Shown here in pieces: positions 13,510 through 26,332 of a DNA stretch of 64,000 nucleotides. Within the stretch, counting starts at the first letter, position 1. Each line of letters begins with the position of its first letter. The position numbers and the translations under genes were made by a program. The stretch is from Heterodontus francisci (Eukaryota), in NCBI RefSeq assembly GCF_036365525.1, contig NC_090387.1:60622592-60686591 (forward strand). The letters are read 5' to 3'. The notes under the pieces are model-generated. The model was not told where the DNA came from. It worked only from the letters and a program-made list of their open reading frames with translations, and did not search any database.

Positions 13510-14190
13510 GCAACAACAACTTGTATTTATGTTGCCCTTTTAATATAATAAGACATCCCAAGGCACTTCATAGGAGTGTTATAAAGCAAAATTTGACACC
13601 AAGCCACATAAGGCGATACTAGGGCAGATGACCAAAAGCTTGTTGAAAGAGGTAAGTTTTAAGGAGATTTTTAAAGGCGGAAAGAGAGGTAGAAAGTAAG
13701 AGAGGTTTAGAGAGGGAATTCCAGAGCTTGGGGCCATGGCAGCTGAAGGCCAGAATTAGATGAGCGCAGATATCTCAGAGGGTTGTAGGGCTACAGGAGG
13801 TTACAGAGATAGGGAGAGATGAAGCTATGGAGGGATTTGAAAACAAGGATTAGAATTTGACCAGGAGCCAATGTAGGTCAGCAATCACAGGGGTGATGGG
13901 TAAATGAGACTTTGAGTAAGGACACAGGCAGCCAAGTTTTGGACAATCTCAAGTTTACGGAGGGTAGAATGTGGCAGGCTGACCAGGAATGCATTGGAAT
14001 AGTCAGTTCAAGAGGTAACAAAGGCATGGATGAGGGTTTCAGCAGTGGATAAGTTGAGGCAGGTGGGGGAAGTCAGGCGATATTACAGAGTTGGAAATAG
14101 GTGGCCTTAGTGATGGCGCAGATATGTGGTCGGAAGCTCATCTCAGAGTCAAATATGACACCAAGTTTGCAAACAGTCTGGTTCAGCCTC
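13510..14190 (-). mobile_element. L2-clade LINE 3' end
   Basis: (aac)n tail and typical L2 3' sequence; homologous to 46395 and 47870. Confidence 0.7.
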
Positions 14191-15651
14191 TGTTGATTCT
14201 ACCACTCTTGATTTTAACCAAGGACCAAGCCTCCTATGAGACAGTTCATTGAAACACTAGGAGGTCAGCAAGGAACAAATGCTGCTATTTTAATGACCAA
14301 TTTGGCCTTATTACTGTATTCCATGACATATATTAATTCTGTTCCTCAAAGCCGATGCATAAAATCCTGTTAACCAACCTTTACATTTTTAGCCTTTCAA
14401 AAACTTATGACACTGAACAAACTAATCAGAACCAGTTAGATTTTATAATCATAATGAAGGTAAAGTAGGTGTATTTAAAATGTCATTTGTAATACAGAAA
14501 TTGAGAATTATATAAAAAAAGAAAGTATTGAAAGAGTAAACCACTATGCCAGGAAGGATAGGGACATGGGCTGCTTTACCTATTCCACTGAATATCCTGT
14601 TTCAACTGTGCTGCTGCAGGGTGACGGAATTGAAGGCCAGTCGGAAAAAGATTCATCCTCCAACTCCAAACTGTTCAGAGGCATTGACAGAGTCTTGAGA
14701 GCAAATCACCTGCCTATCCTCTCGAGGGGTGGCATTTACCTTGAACGGTTCCCGTGCAAAGCCTCAATTTGGGGCACCTACATTTTTAGAAAATTCATTC
14801 TTAAGACGTGGGCATCACTGGCAAGGCCAGCATTTATTACTCATCCTTAACTGTCCTTGAGAAGGCGATGACAAGCCACCTTCTTGAACCACTGCAGTCT
14901 TTGTGGTAAAGATACTCCCACAATGCTGTTTGGTAGGATTTTGACCGAACAACAATAAGGGTTTTATATTTCCAAGGTAGGATAGTGTGTGATTTGGAGG
15001 GGAGCTTGCAGGTGGTGGTGTTCCCATGCAGTTCCTGCCCTTGTCCTAGTTGGATGAGGTCACAGGTTTGGGAGGTGCTGTTGAAGAAGCCTTGGCATCC
15101 TAGGGATAGTCCACACTGCAGTTATGGTGGTGGAGAGAGTGAAGATTTAGGTGGTGAATGGGCTGCTAATTGGGCAGGTTGCTTTGTATTGGATAGTGCT
15201 GAGCTTCTTGAATATTATTGGAGCTGTACTCATCTAGGCAAGTGCAGAGCAATGTTCCCTCTAAGATGCGCACTTGTGCAGCTTCCTGGAAGTTCACTCA
15301 CAGGCTGCGCACCAGTCGGCCCTTTTAAGTTAACACAACTGCCTGGTGGCAAAAAAAATTTTAAAGGACCCATATACTTAAACAAATCACCTGCGCACAG
15401 CAAAAGAAAATGAAAGTCTGTGTGGGTAGACAGCATTCCATCACACTCCTAATTTGTGTCTTGCGGGTGGTGGAGAGGCTTTGGGGTGTCAGGAGGCGAG
15501 CCACTTGCCACAGAATAACCAGGCTCTGATCTACTCTAGTAGCCACGGCACTTATCTGGTTAGTCCAGTTGAGTTTCTGGTCAATGCCAACCCATGGGAT
15601 GTTGAAGATGGAGATGTGGCAATGGTAGTACCATTAAATGTCAAGTAGAAC

Positions 15652-16162
15652 AAGGGTTCAAATCCCACTCTGGGAACAAGGGTTCGAATCCCGCCATGGC
15701 AGATGGTGAAATTTGAATTCAATTAATAAAAAAAAAATCTGGAATTAAAAGCTAGTCTAATGGTGACCATGAAACCATTGTTTTGAAGAAGGGTCACTGA
15801 CCCAAAACGTCAACTCTGCTTCTCTTTTCACAGATGCTGCCAGACCTGCTGAGTGGTTCCAGCATTTCTTGTTTTTATTTCATATTTCCAGCATCCGCAG
15901 TATTTTGCTTTTATATTATTATGAAACCATTGTCGATTGTTGTAAAAACCCATCTGGTTCACTAATGTCCTTTAGGAAAGGAAATCTACCATCCTTATCT
16001 GGTCTGGCCTACATGTGACTCCAGACCCACAGCAATGTGGTTGACTCTTAACTGCCCTCTGAAATGGCCTAGCAAGCCAGTCAGTTCAAGGGCAATTATG
16101 GATGGGTAATAAATGCTTGCCTAGCCAGCGACACCCACATCCCATGAACGAATAAAAAAAAA
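15652..16162 (+). mobile_element. tRNA-derived SINE, probably Meta-domain type, with a tail shared with the second CR1 family
   Basis: B-box ggttcgaatccc; core ctggttcactaatgtcctttagg...ctggcctacatgtgactccagacccacagcaatgtggttgactctt; tail gggcaattatggatgggtaataaatgc...cacatcccatgaacgaataaaa. Confidence 0.65.
15782..15920 (+). mobile_element. Short Penelope-terminus insertion with hammerhead-like motif
   Basis: Exact 13-bp TSD atgaaaccattgt at 15769 and 15921; sequence matches the 3' end of the Penelope elements at 20560 and 38940. Confidence 0.85.
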
Positions 16163-19100
16163 GGTGATTAGACACTCTCTTGTTGGAGATAGTCATTGCC
16201 TGGCAGTTATGCAGTGCAAATGTTACTTGCCACTTAACAGCCATGCCTGGATGTTGTCCAGATCTTGTTCCCTATGGGCATGGCCTGCATCATTATATGA
16301 GGAACTGTGAATGAACTAGACAATGATCCTAGATACCTATCACTCATTCCAGATCTGGCTCAGGACCCTGTGCAATTGCTCGGGTTGCACGATCCTACTG
16401 TATCCCTGGTTGTCTCAGCTACAGAATCCTTATAGCCCTATAAAAGAAAAGATCAGAAAATTTGGGCTGGGTACTGTTAAAAAGTATATGAACTGAGTCA
16501 AATGATACTTGACAGCAACACGAAAATAACTGATCTTAGAAATCCTTTCATCACGTCTCCCTGCTTCAAAGCGGACCCTCATGTTACATTAGTTTTGTCA
16601 ATGTAACATTTGCTACACATGCTGTGTACAGTGAATCTCAAATTATCATGAATAATGCCCATGTGCGTTAAAAAGTGAAGCAAAAGAGAGCGATAGAGGT
16701 TGTCTGCTGAGAGTGCACAGTGCTGAATGCAGAGTTCTGAGCTGTGCCACAGTCAGCATAAATGAGGCATAAGTATGGATGCTGACAATGATGTTATCAG
16801 CCCTGTTGGCCATGACTGTTGGGAGCTCCCTACTGTGGAATTGTACAGTGATGTATTACTGTACTTACACCCTACATCTCCTCATCACAAAAAGAAACCT
16901 AATTTCTGATGCTTTTTAATTTACTTTTTGAGTAGTGAAACCTTTTCTCCATGTTTGTACCATGCAGCTCTTTTCTTTCATTCAATACCTGCAAAAATAA
17001 GAATTCATTACTAAATAAAATCAGATTCCACCTTTTTCTATATTCCCAATTTACATCTACAGGAGTGTTACCACTGCCTGCGGAAAATCTTACCAAGATG
17101 CACTCTAATCTATACGATACCACACAATATATGGAAGGCCCTATGTATGCAAAAGCCACCAGATCTGTTGCTACACATTAAACTCTTTTATCACATGTTT
17201 ATGTCACAGTTTATATCAGTTTTTCTGCCTTCCTTCCTGCTTCTCTCCTAAAGGCAGGCTGGAGTATTCTCACCGATGCTGATAGTTAACCTGTTCCTAA
17301 GGTACTCCTTTAGCAAACACTACTTTATACACATGCATTATGAAGTGGCCCTATAGCACATTCCTAGCATTGTCCTCAGCTGTACCTCAACTATCATGGA
17401 AGCCCAACCTTGGATTTGCTGTCATCTTATTCTGCACTGGCAGATAGAATCTCTCAGAACAAAGGTAAAATAAAGCACAATCATTTATTTTCCTGAAAGA
17501 AACCAGTGAATGTTTATTATGACTTTTTTACCCCAGGGTTTTCCCTTAGTGACAGTATATGGGATACATCTTCTGGAACTTATCCTTGTGCTCTTTACAG
17601 CTGCTTCACCAGTTGATGGTGTCTCTGGGAGCCACTTGAGATTGAGATGACTCTGTACCTCCTCATATTGGATCATGTGATAGCCCCAGAATGGATTCCA
17701 TGTTTGGTGCTGTGCTGACTGACTGGTTTCCTGTGCCCACTTTCTGGCACACCTTCTGCCATTTCAGACAAAATGTGATGAACCAGATGTAGCAATGCCT
17801 TTGAGAGGCAAAGCCTGATACATGCCCACTTTGGCCTTGTCCTGCTGTTGAGCACTATCTCAGCATATCCAATGTTCTATGTGAGAATAGATCTCTGATT
17901 GACAATGAGGAGAGTGAAGCCCTACATCATGGCTCTATCCATCTACCATTTAGAAAGCTAGTGAAATTTGAAAGCCAAGAGACAGCCCCAATCTACTTAG
18001 TATTTCTGGCACTTAAGGCTCAACTGCTGATGCCTACAGAGTTGTCACATGCCTCTCTGTGGACTGCATTGTTCTCTATCTACATGACTGTATAGATGGA
18101 TAGCCCCAAATTACTCCACACAATGATCATGCTTAAATAGGAACTTTCTTTTATATGCAAGCCCTGTGCTTTGCAACTAAGGAAGGACACATGCGTGGGT
18201 GCACTCTAAATTTTTTTGCATGGTCGCGTGCCTGCAATAACTTAAGGGGGCCAACTTGTGCATGGATCATTGGACACAAGCCCATCTTGGTGTCAACTCC
18301 TCCTCCTCCACTACCACAAGCTCCTCCTCACTTGTACTCAGTGCTTCCTCCTCAAATTCACGACGGAAATACCTGGACTGGTACTTGCAACGGGTGGTGT
18401 AGGTGATAGAGCACATTGTCAGGTGCTTGCATCTTTGACAGCACTAGGAGCTCTAGCTAACGTTTGGAAATGAAAGTTCTTTTTGGCTAATTGGTGTGAA
18501 GTGATTTAAGAAATTGTACAGAATGTGCAGAGAACTAATTCGATTTTTAAATTAGGAGGCAAGAGAACTTCTATAGGAAGTAATGTTTGCATGGAAACAG
18601 ATTAAAAGGCTGCACTTCAATTACAATTTTGAAATGTCATATTAGTGTATTGTTAAAGTATAATTTATAGCTAAAAATAAATATCTAATTATATTCTGCA
18701 ACATTTTGACTGTAGACAGTAGAATTTATTTGAAAGTCTCATCATTGTACCCACCAGCTGGTGGTTATCATAGAATCATGGAATCATAGAATGTCTACAC
18801 CACTGAAGGAGGCCATTTGGCCTGTTTTGTCCCTGCTGGCTCACTGCAAGAGCAACTCACATATTCCCACTCCCCAGCCTTTTCCCCATAGCTCTGCAAA
18901 TTTTTTCTCTTCAGATAATTGTCCAAGTCTCTTTTGAAAGTCTTGATTGAATTTGCCTCCATGACACTTTCAGGCAGAGCATTCCAGATCCTAGCCACTC
19001 ACTGCATGAAAAAGCTTTTCCTCATGTCGTTTATGGTTCTTTTGCCAATCACCTTAAATCAGTGTCCTCTGGTTCTGGATCCTTTGGCCAATGGGAACAG

Positions 19101-19974
19101 TTTCTGCCTGTCCACTCTGTCCACACCCCTCATGATTTTGAGCAGCTTTATCAAATCTCCTGATAATCTTCTCTTCTCCACAAAGAGAACAGGCCCAGCT
19201 TCTCCAACTTATCCACATAACTGAAGTTTCTCATCCCTGGAAAGATTCTTCTGAATCTTTTTTGCACCCTCTCTAACGCCTTAATATATTTCCTAAAATG
19301 TGCTGCCAGAACTGGACACAATACCCCAGCTGAAGCTGAACCAGGGTTTTATACAAGTTTATCATAACTTCCTTTTTCTTGTACTCTATGCCCCTATTTA
19401 TAAATCCCAGTATCACGCATGCTTTATTCACCACTTTCTCAACCTGCCCGACAACCTTCAATGATTTTTGCACACATACCCTCAGATCCGCCATGATCTT
19501 ACCTGCCCATTTACCTCCTCTCTCCTCACTACCCCAGGCCCCAAACACTCCTTTCAGGTGAAGCAGCGATTTACTTGTACTTCTTTCAATGTAGTATACT
19601 GTATTCGCTGCTCACAATGTGGTCTCGTCTACATTGGGGAGACCAAGCGCAGACTGGGTGACCACTTTGCGGAACACCTCCGCTCAGTCCGCAAGCAGGA
19701 CCCTGAGCTTCCGGTTGCTTGCCATTTCAACACTCCCCCCTGCTCTCATGCTCACATCTCTGTCCTGGGATTGCTGCAGTGTTCCAGTGAACATCAACGC
19801 AAGCTCGAGGAACAGCATCTCATCTACCGATTAGGCACACTACAGCCTGCCGGACTGAACATTGAGTTCAATAATTTCAGAGCATGACAGCACCCCATTT
19901 TACTTTCATTTTTAGTTATTTTTTCTTTTTTACAATCTTTTTTTTTTGCATTTATTTCATTTCATCTTAGTTTG

Positions 19975-20312
19975 TTTTTTATTTATTTATTTAGAGATAC
20001 AGCACTGAAACAGGCCCTTCAGCCCACCGAGTCTGTGCCGACCATCAACCACCCATTTATACTAATCCTACATTCCTACCACATCCCCACCTGTCCCTAT
20101 ATTCTCCTACCACCTACCTATACTAGGGGCAATTTATAATGGCCAATTTACCTATCAACCTGCAAGTCTTTTGGTGGTGGGAGCAAACCGGAGTACCTGG
20201 CGAAAACCCACGCAGACACAGGGAGAACTTGCAAACTCCACACAGGCAGTACCCAGAATTGAACCCAGGTCGCTGGAGCTGTGAGGCTGCGGTGCTAAGC
20301 ACTGCGCCACTG
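19975..20312 (-). mobile_element. HE1-type V-SINE inserted in the Penelope 3' region
   Basis: Full head, V-domain and tail; the empty site is visible in the second Penelope copy. Confidence 0.9.
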
Positions 20313-20558
20313 TGCCAGTTTGCTTACCCACTGGTTTTTTTCAGGTTTGCACTTGCTGCTGTTCAATATTCAGTCTGTTAACACCTAATCTGTACTAATG
20401 CTTTGTCTTTCAACACACCATTAACATATTGTTTGCCTTTGCTCCATGACCTTTTGGTCAGCTATGTGGCCTTGTCCAATCTACACCTTCTCCTTTGTTA
20501 TCTCTTGCCCCACCCCCAACACACTTGCTTATAACCTGTGACTTTTCTAATATTTGTC

Positions 20559-20595
20559 AGTTCTGAAGAAGGGTCACTGACCCGAAACATTAACT
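20559..20595 (+). ncRNA. Minimal hammerhead ribozyme motif in the Penelope pseudo-LTR
   Basis: agtt-CTGAAGA-a-GGGTC act GACCC-GAAAC-att-aact; stem I agtt/aact, stem II 5 bp; the G before the cleavage-site U is mutated to A in this copy. Confidence 0.6.
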
Positions 20596-20894
20596 CTGCT
20601 TCTCTTTTCACAGATGCTGCCAGACCTGCTGAGTGGTTCCAGCATTTCTTGTTTTTATTTCTTATCTGGTGGAGCAGACTCGAAGGGCTGAATGGCCTAC
20701 TCCTGGTCCTAAGTCGTATGTTCCTATGACCCTCTGCTCCTGCACCCCCTTTAGAACTGTACCCTTTAACTTTAATTGCCTCTCCTTGTTTTTTATTATC
20801 AAAATGAATCACTTCACATTTTTCTGCATTAAATTTCATCTGCCACTTGTCCACCCATTCCATCAGTCTATGCCCCTTTGAACTTTATCGCTAT

Positions 20895-21885
20895 TGTTAT
20901 GGAAGTGATTCCGTTTTTGTTAAAAAATTTTTAAAAAGGAATTTATAGTTAAGCTAAATCAATGTTGGACCAGTTTTTTAAAAAAAAGAGAGCCATCAAG
21001 AGGACACTGAGGGAGCCGGATTGGCAACAATGTTGCTGGTTGTTGCATGGCTCGGGTTAGGCTTGAAACAGAAACCCTGGTAACGGGGCAGAGAAGTGAC
21101 AAGCATTCCTTTGATCAGACAAGCCCAGTAACAGCAGAACACCTGGAAGGGCAGAAAGCTGACAAGCCTTTTGGTTGCTATTCAGTGTGTGTGTGTTTTA
21201 CCTTCTGGAAGGAGATAAAGTCAAGTCTGCTGAAGTGTCTGGGAAGGAGAAAAGACTACAACCCATCTCACTTTCCAGCAGTTCTATAAAAGACCCTGTG
21301 AAGTCCACCGTGTCGATTCATCTCATCTCCTGTCTCTGAGGAGCGCCTGCTGTAGTTGCTTCTCGGCGCCGCCAAAGAGCACTGTTCTAGGGGGATCTCG
21401 GTGGCCTGTCTGTATGTGCTCGGAGGTTGGACTGTGTGCCGGTTTTCATGCAGCATGTCTCATCTGCTGTTTTCTTCAGGGGTGGGCAAGTGATCTGCCC
21501 AGTTGATTTTTGGTCTGTAACAGAGTTCTGATCCAAAAATCCCTTTGTATTTTTCCGGGTCACTGGTATACAGATATGTGTGTGTGTGTGTGTGTGTGTG
21601 AGTGTGAGTGTGAGATGCTAAGGTAAAAAAGGGGACTTTAAAATTTAATGTTGGGACTTTAAAAATTTTAATCTATGTGTTTATGTTTTACTTCATTACT
21701 AGTTAAGACTTGTTTTATAACGAAATGATAATTTTGTTGCTCGGTAAAGAAACCTGGTTAGTGTGTTCTATTCTGGGAAAAATAGTATATAATTGCCTGT
21801 GTTAGTAAGTGGGAAAATTTTTAATAATATGTTGTGACCTGTGAAGAAGTGGGACTGAATTAACAGTGCACTCTTCCTGCCTCCT
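20895..21885 (+). mobile_element. Solo LTR-like element containing (TG)n at about 21577-21613
   Basis: Starts tgttatgg; 3' part homologous to the reverse complement of 41429-41650. Confidence 0.55.
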
Positions 21886-24312
21886 CTAGGTCTGCTGACA
21901 AGCCTGTTATATGGCACTTTATCAAATGCCTTTTGAAACTGCATGTACACCACTTCAACAGCATTACCCTCATCAACACTCTGTTATCTCACCAAAAAAA
22001 CTCAAGCAAGTTAGTTAAACATGATTTGCACTTAACAAATCCATGCTGACTGTCCTTAATTAATCCACATTTGTCCAAATGACTGTTAATTTTGTCCCGA
22101 ATTATCGTTACTAAAAGCTAAACTGATTGGCTGTAGCTGCTGGGCTTTTCTTTACATCTTTTTGAACAAAAGTGTAACATTTGCATTTCTCCAGTCCATT
22201 GGCACCACCTCTTTATCTAAGGGGGTTTGGAAGATTATGGCCAGCGCCTCTGCAATTTCCACCCTTGCTTCTCTCAGTTTTCTTGATGCATCTCATCCGG
22301 TCCTGGTGACTTATCAACTTTATGTACAGCCAGCCTCTCTAATACCTCCTCTTTATCAATCTTTAGCCCATCAAGTGTCTCAACTAACTCCTGTTTCACC
22401 ACGACTTGGGCAGCATCTTTTTCCTTAGTAAATACAGATATAAAGTACTCATTTAGTATGTCAGTCATGTCCCCTGACTCCATGCATAAATCCCTTTTTA
22501 GTTTCCTAATCGGCCCCACTCCTCCTTTTACCACCCTTTTGCTATTTATGTAGTTATGAACAATGGACTTTGTAGTATGATAATGTTATAAAAACTGTGA
22601 CCATTAATGTAGTGTGAAACGGATTTGGAGGAGACATGAGACCTCACACCAAGTCTGCCCAGATATGAGCCAGGGGTCTTGGTTACCATGAGAACCAGGA
22701 ATCCAGATCAAAGACACTTTTGAAAGGTTGTAACACCTAAAGGACAATAGGTTTCAATAGATTGTAAACTGGGAGCCAGAGCCTCTAAAATGCAAATTCG
22801 AGTTGCAATTGTTAACACCTGGAAACAAAGGAAGGCCCAGGTGGTTTTGTTGTGGTCAGACTTATGGACTCTGAGAATTATAAAAGGCAAAACAACTATT
22901 GACTTTTCATCTGAATAAATACAGCAGGCTTTCCTAGGTGAGACAGGCTGTGAGGAAAAATGGAAGACCAGCAAGCAGCCAGCGGCAGCCTAAAGAGAGA
23001 GAGAGAGAGAGAAACAGCTGCTCTCAGATCACTGATACAACAAAAGGCTGCTAAGACTTGGGTCGGGATTTTACCCTTGGCGCACGGCAGCTGTCCACCG
23101 ACTTTTCAGTCGGTGGCGAACCCACTTCCACCTGGCCTGGGCATCCGACCCGTATTTTGCAGGTCCCTGGCCTTTAATTGTTCTGAGGCATGACTTTCAC
23201 TCGCTTGAGGCGGGAAGACCCGCCTAATAGAACTGCTGGCCAATCAGCGGGCCGGCAGCTCTTAGTCCCAGCAGTGCCACTGGGATCGGTGGCCACTGCT
23301 GGGACTGCAACCAGCCTACCAAGGTAAGTTTTTGTTGCCTCGTCGGTTCCCAACCGATCACCCCTGGCAAGGCAAGGGTGGTTGATCAGGGGAACGGGGG
23401 GCGTGTTGAGTGTTGGGATGGTTGGCACAGGCACAGGGTATCAGGCACAGGGTACCCGATCATGAGGGCCGCACCCCACCACCCCCCCCCCCCCCGACCC
23501 AGGTCCGACCTTGGACCTGATTCAAAAGTTGAGGTTTGCAGAGGAAAAAAGACCAATGGGGTCACCAGAGAGTGCCTTATCAACAGAAGACCAGTCGAAT
23601 GTGCTAATGAAAAGTGAGCATAGAGGAGATTGCTTTTGAGAAGGACACTGGGAGATCCAACCAATTGCAGCTGGAAGGAGTTTGGGATTTTTAACTGCAA
23701 AGATACCGATTTGATGAGAACATTGTGTAAACCATAAATCTGGTGTGGGATTTTCAAGTGTGTTAACTTAATGGAAAATACCTTTCTCTATAATTTAGTT
23801 TATAAGCTACATACTAAGTACTTTTCAGTTAATGTTGATTTTTAGTTTAGTTATTATTGTAAAAGTCTTAAAATGTGATATCTTGTGTGATTCTTTAATT
23901 GGTCAGGGGAGCTCATAGCTGTTGTTTTAAATTTAACAGTCTCTATGGAGGTCGTAACAATATGCCTATAGAAGACTTTTAGGTTCCCTTTTATGTTACT
24001 CAGCTCATACTGTCTCTTCGCTTCTCTCATTTGCTTTTTCACTTCCCCTCTGAGCCTTCTATATTCAGCCTGGTTCTCAATTGCATTAACCACCTGACAT
24101 CTGTCATATGCAACCTTTATCTGCTTCATCTTACTGTCTATTTCTTAGTCATCCAGGGAGCTCTGAATCTGTTTGCCCGACCTTTCCCCCTCATGAGACC
24201 ATACCTTGACTGTACTTGAAGTATCGCCTCTTTAAAGGCAGCCCATTGTTCAGTTACAGTTTTGCCAACCAATCTTTCATTCCAATTTATTTGGGTGAGA
24301 TCCATTCTAATA
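21886..24312 (-). mobile_element. CR1 LINE ORF2 fragments split by an LTR at about 22552-23959
   Basis: FQKAFDKVP, ILNEYFISVFT, VDKSPGPDEMH, APWMT; sequence '...ctatttat' resumes as 'atgcctatagaagac' at about 23961. Confidence 0.8.
22552..23959 (+). mobile_element. Solo LTR with nested GC-rich MITE-like insert (about 23060-23510)
   Basis: Ends gaggtcgtaaCA like the other LTRs in the window; interrupts a contiguous CR1. Confidence 0.55.
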
Positions 24313-25767
24313 ATTCTCTCTAATTGCTGGGACAATAAAAATATGACACCGTCATGTGTGAAATCTTTGGGAAAAGATTTTGAGGTTTCCTGCTCGGAAG
24401 GTAGTAGTGCATTGAAGATCACAGAGAGCAACTTACCACTCCATTCCAGCCATCACCATTTTGCCAGTGTTCTCGGAATGGGTGGCTGCCTAAAGAGGTG
24501 CACAGCTAATTTAGCTATTTAAATTGGAGTCTTATGATGTCAATAGGACCCCAATGCCATTTTAGAACTCAACTGGGGGAGAATTTCAGGCCCCCTGCCA
24601 GCATAAACTGCCTGAGGATAACTTTAATCTACGTTTAGGTTTGCATTTACTCCTAAAGATAGCACACAATGTATTACAAAAACATTGAGGGATTTTATGT
24701 TAACATTGCCAATGAGAATTTCTACCCTTCTGGTTAGCAGAAAAAGCACAGGTGTCAAAGCTGTTGGCATTAGACATCACAGGTTTCAAATTTTATTCAG
24801 ATTTTATGTTTTATTCGGGTTAGTCTCTGACATGTACCATGCTTTTGGATGGTGGGACAGTTATGACTGCCTTTGTTAACTTGGAAGGAGTCTTGATTGA
24901 ACAGATCAGGGTCAGAATCTTCCAACAATCAAACCAGCCAAGACCTGTCTGGAAATAACTCTCTCAAACTCGGTTTTTCAGCTTGTTGAGAGTCCAGTGT
25001 TCGGTTTTGCAGCGAATGGATTCATCCATTTTGTTTTAGATATTTAATTGTATGACCATTAATATCCTGCTGGAGCCATTAAAAGTAGTTTGGTCATACA
25101 TCTTTAAGAATCAAGATGGTAAAAACACTTATTAGACACTGTCAAAACTTACTTTTCAATTTTTAAGTTGCCTTGGTACCTTGGTGAGCTAGTTACATAG
25201 CACTGACTCCGCAGGGCTGATGCTGTGCTCACAGGAAGCATGGTTTGGAGAATCAGGACTACAACTCATACTTCCTTCAAGTGCAGCTTACCTGGTGGTA
25301 GCACGGGATTGCAGAGTCACACCCCAGATCACCAGAAAATCTCTAACTGGACACATGAATTTGAGCACTTTATGAGAGACTGGGAGCTACAGAGAGTTAG
25401 CACGCTGGTCTTTTTCTTCTGAAATGTAGGTTCAGCTCCTTCCTGAAAAGATGGCTGTAAGGATTCTCTGTGAGATACGTTTGGGCTGTCTCAACCCAAT
25501 GAGAATGTGGCTAAATTTCCCCTAATAAGGTTTTCTACACTGTACTCATAAAGGCTATGAGATTGTTCTTCTAAAGTTGGAGAAGATGCATATTTGTTAC
25601 ACTGAGTAAGGAGTTTTATTCTTAACTGCTGTACTTGACCCGGGAGTGCTTGTTGCTGATAGTAGGTGATTAAAATGGCAAAAATATTTAATACCCTCCA
25701 TTAACAATATCATTTTGATGAGCATATAAGGTTTAAAGCATTTTGTTGTCTACAGTGAAAACACTTA

Positions 25768-26104
25768 GGGTGGCGCAGTGGCTAGTACTGCAGCCTCACA
25801 GCTCCAGCGACCCAGGTTCGATTCTGGGTACTACCTGTGTGGAGTTTGCAAGTTCTCCCTGTGACCACGTGGGTTTCCACCAAATGCTCCAGTTTCCTCC
25901 CACAGCCAAAGACTTGCAGGTTGATAGGTAAATTGGCCATTGTAAATTGCCGCTAGTATAGGTAGGTGGTAGGAGAATTGAGGGAAGGTGGGGATGTGGT
26001 AGGGAATATGGGATTAATGTAGGATTAGTATAAATGGGTGGTTGATGGTCAGCACAGACTCGGTGGGCCGAAGAGCCTGTTTCAGTGCTGTATCTCTATG
26101 ACTT
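25768..26104 (+). mobile_element. HE1-type V-SINE, full length, about 230 bp upstream of the GALR1-like last exon
   Basis: ggtggcgcagtggctagtac head, ggttcgattc B-box, V-domain, tail ctgtttcagtgctgtatctctatgact. Confidence 0.9.
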
Positions 26105-26332
26105 TGAGAAAGTCAAAACTTTTCGTAAAAGCTTTTAGAAATGGGGTCCAAGTAAATCTCAGTTGTCCAAATATATTGTGCACAATTCAAACAATTGAGG
26201 TTATCTACATGGAAATGAGATAAAGCCTTATGCATAAGTGCAATCGAATAATGTAATAGTGATTTCCGTATTTGTACTTCATTGATGGTAATTATGAATA
26301 TAAATTATTTTCCCCCTTTACTCTCTCCACAG

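Larger units (their letters stand above)
14790..16320 (-). mobile_element. CR1-group LINE (second family) interrupted by a hAT-like MITE fragment (about 15250-15420) and a SINE (15652-16162)
   Basis: Reverse-complement similarity to 5815-6285 and 56300-57190. Confidence 0.7.
19490..20662 (+). mobile_element. Penelope-like retroelement, 5'-truncated, with GIY-YIG endonuclease and 3' pseudo-LTR
   Basis: Open frame FTCTSFNVVYCIRCSQCGLVYIGETKRRLGDHFAEH...PVACHF...EQHLIYRLGTLQPAGLN (stop at 19887); nearly identical to 38940-39970. Confidence 0.9.
18768..20880 (-). mobile_element. CR1 LINE 3' region, split by a Penelope element at about 19490-20729
   Basis: (catagaat)n tail, RIWNALPE, ILGFINRGIEYK, WVDKWQMKFNAEKCEVIHF; CR1 sequence resumes at about 20730. 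Confidence 0.85.

Noticed and set aside
19468-19887. Stand-alone host GIY-YIG nuclease gene
   Set aside because: 5'-truncated Penelope copy with no true start codon, duplicated at 39435
25768-25830. tRNA genes at SINE heads (also 8680-8739, 30491, 59955)
   Set aside because: A/B boxes run straight into V-SINE bodies and no complete cloverleaf is evident
26282-26332. N-terminal part of the 122-aa ORF (MMVIMNINYFPPLLSPQ) as a protein start
   Set aside because: Intronic polypyrimidine tract; homology begins at the AG acceptor
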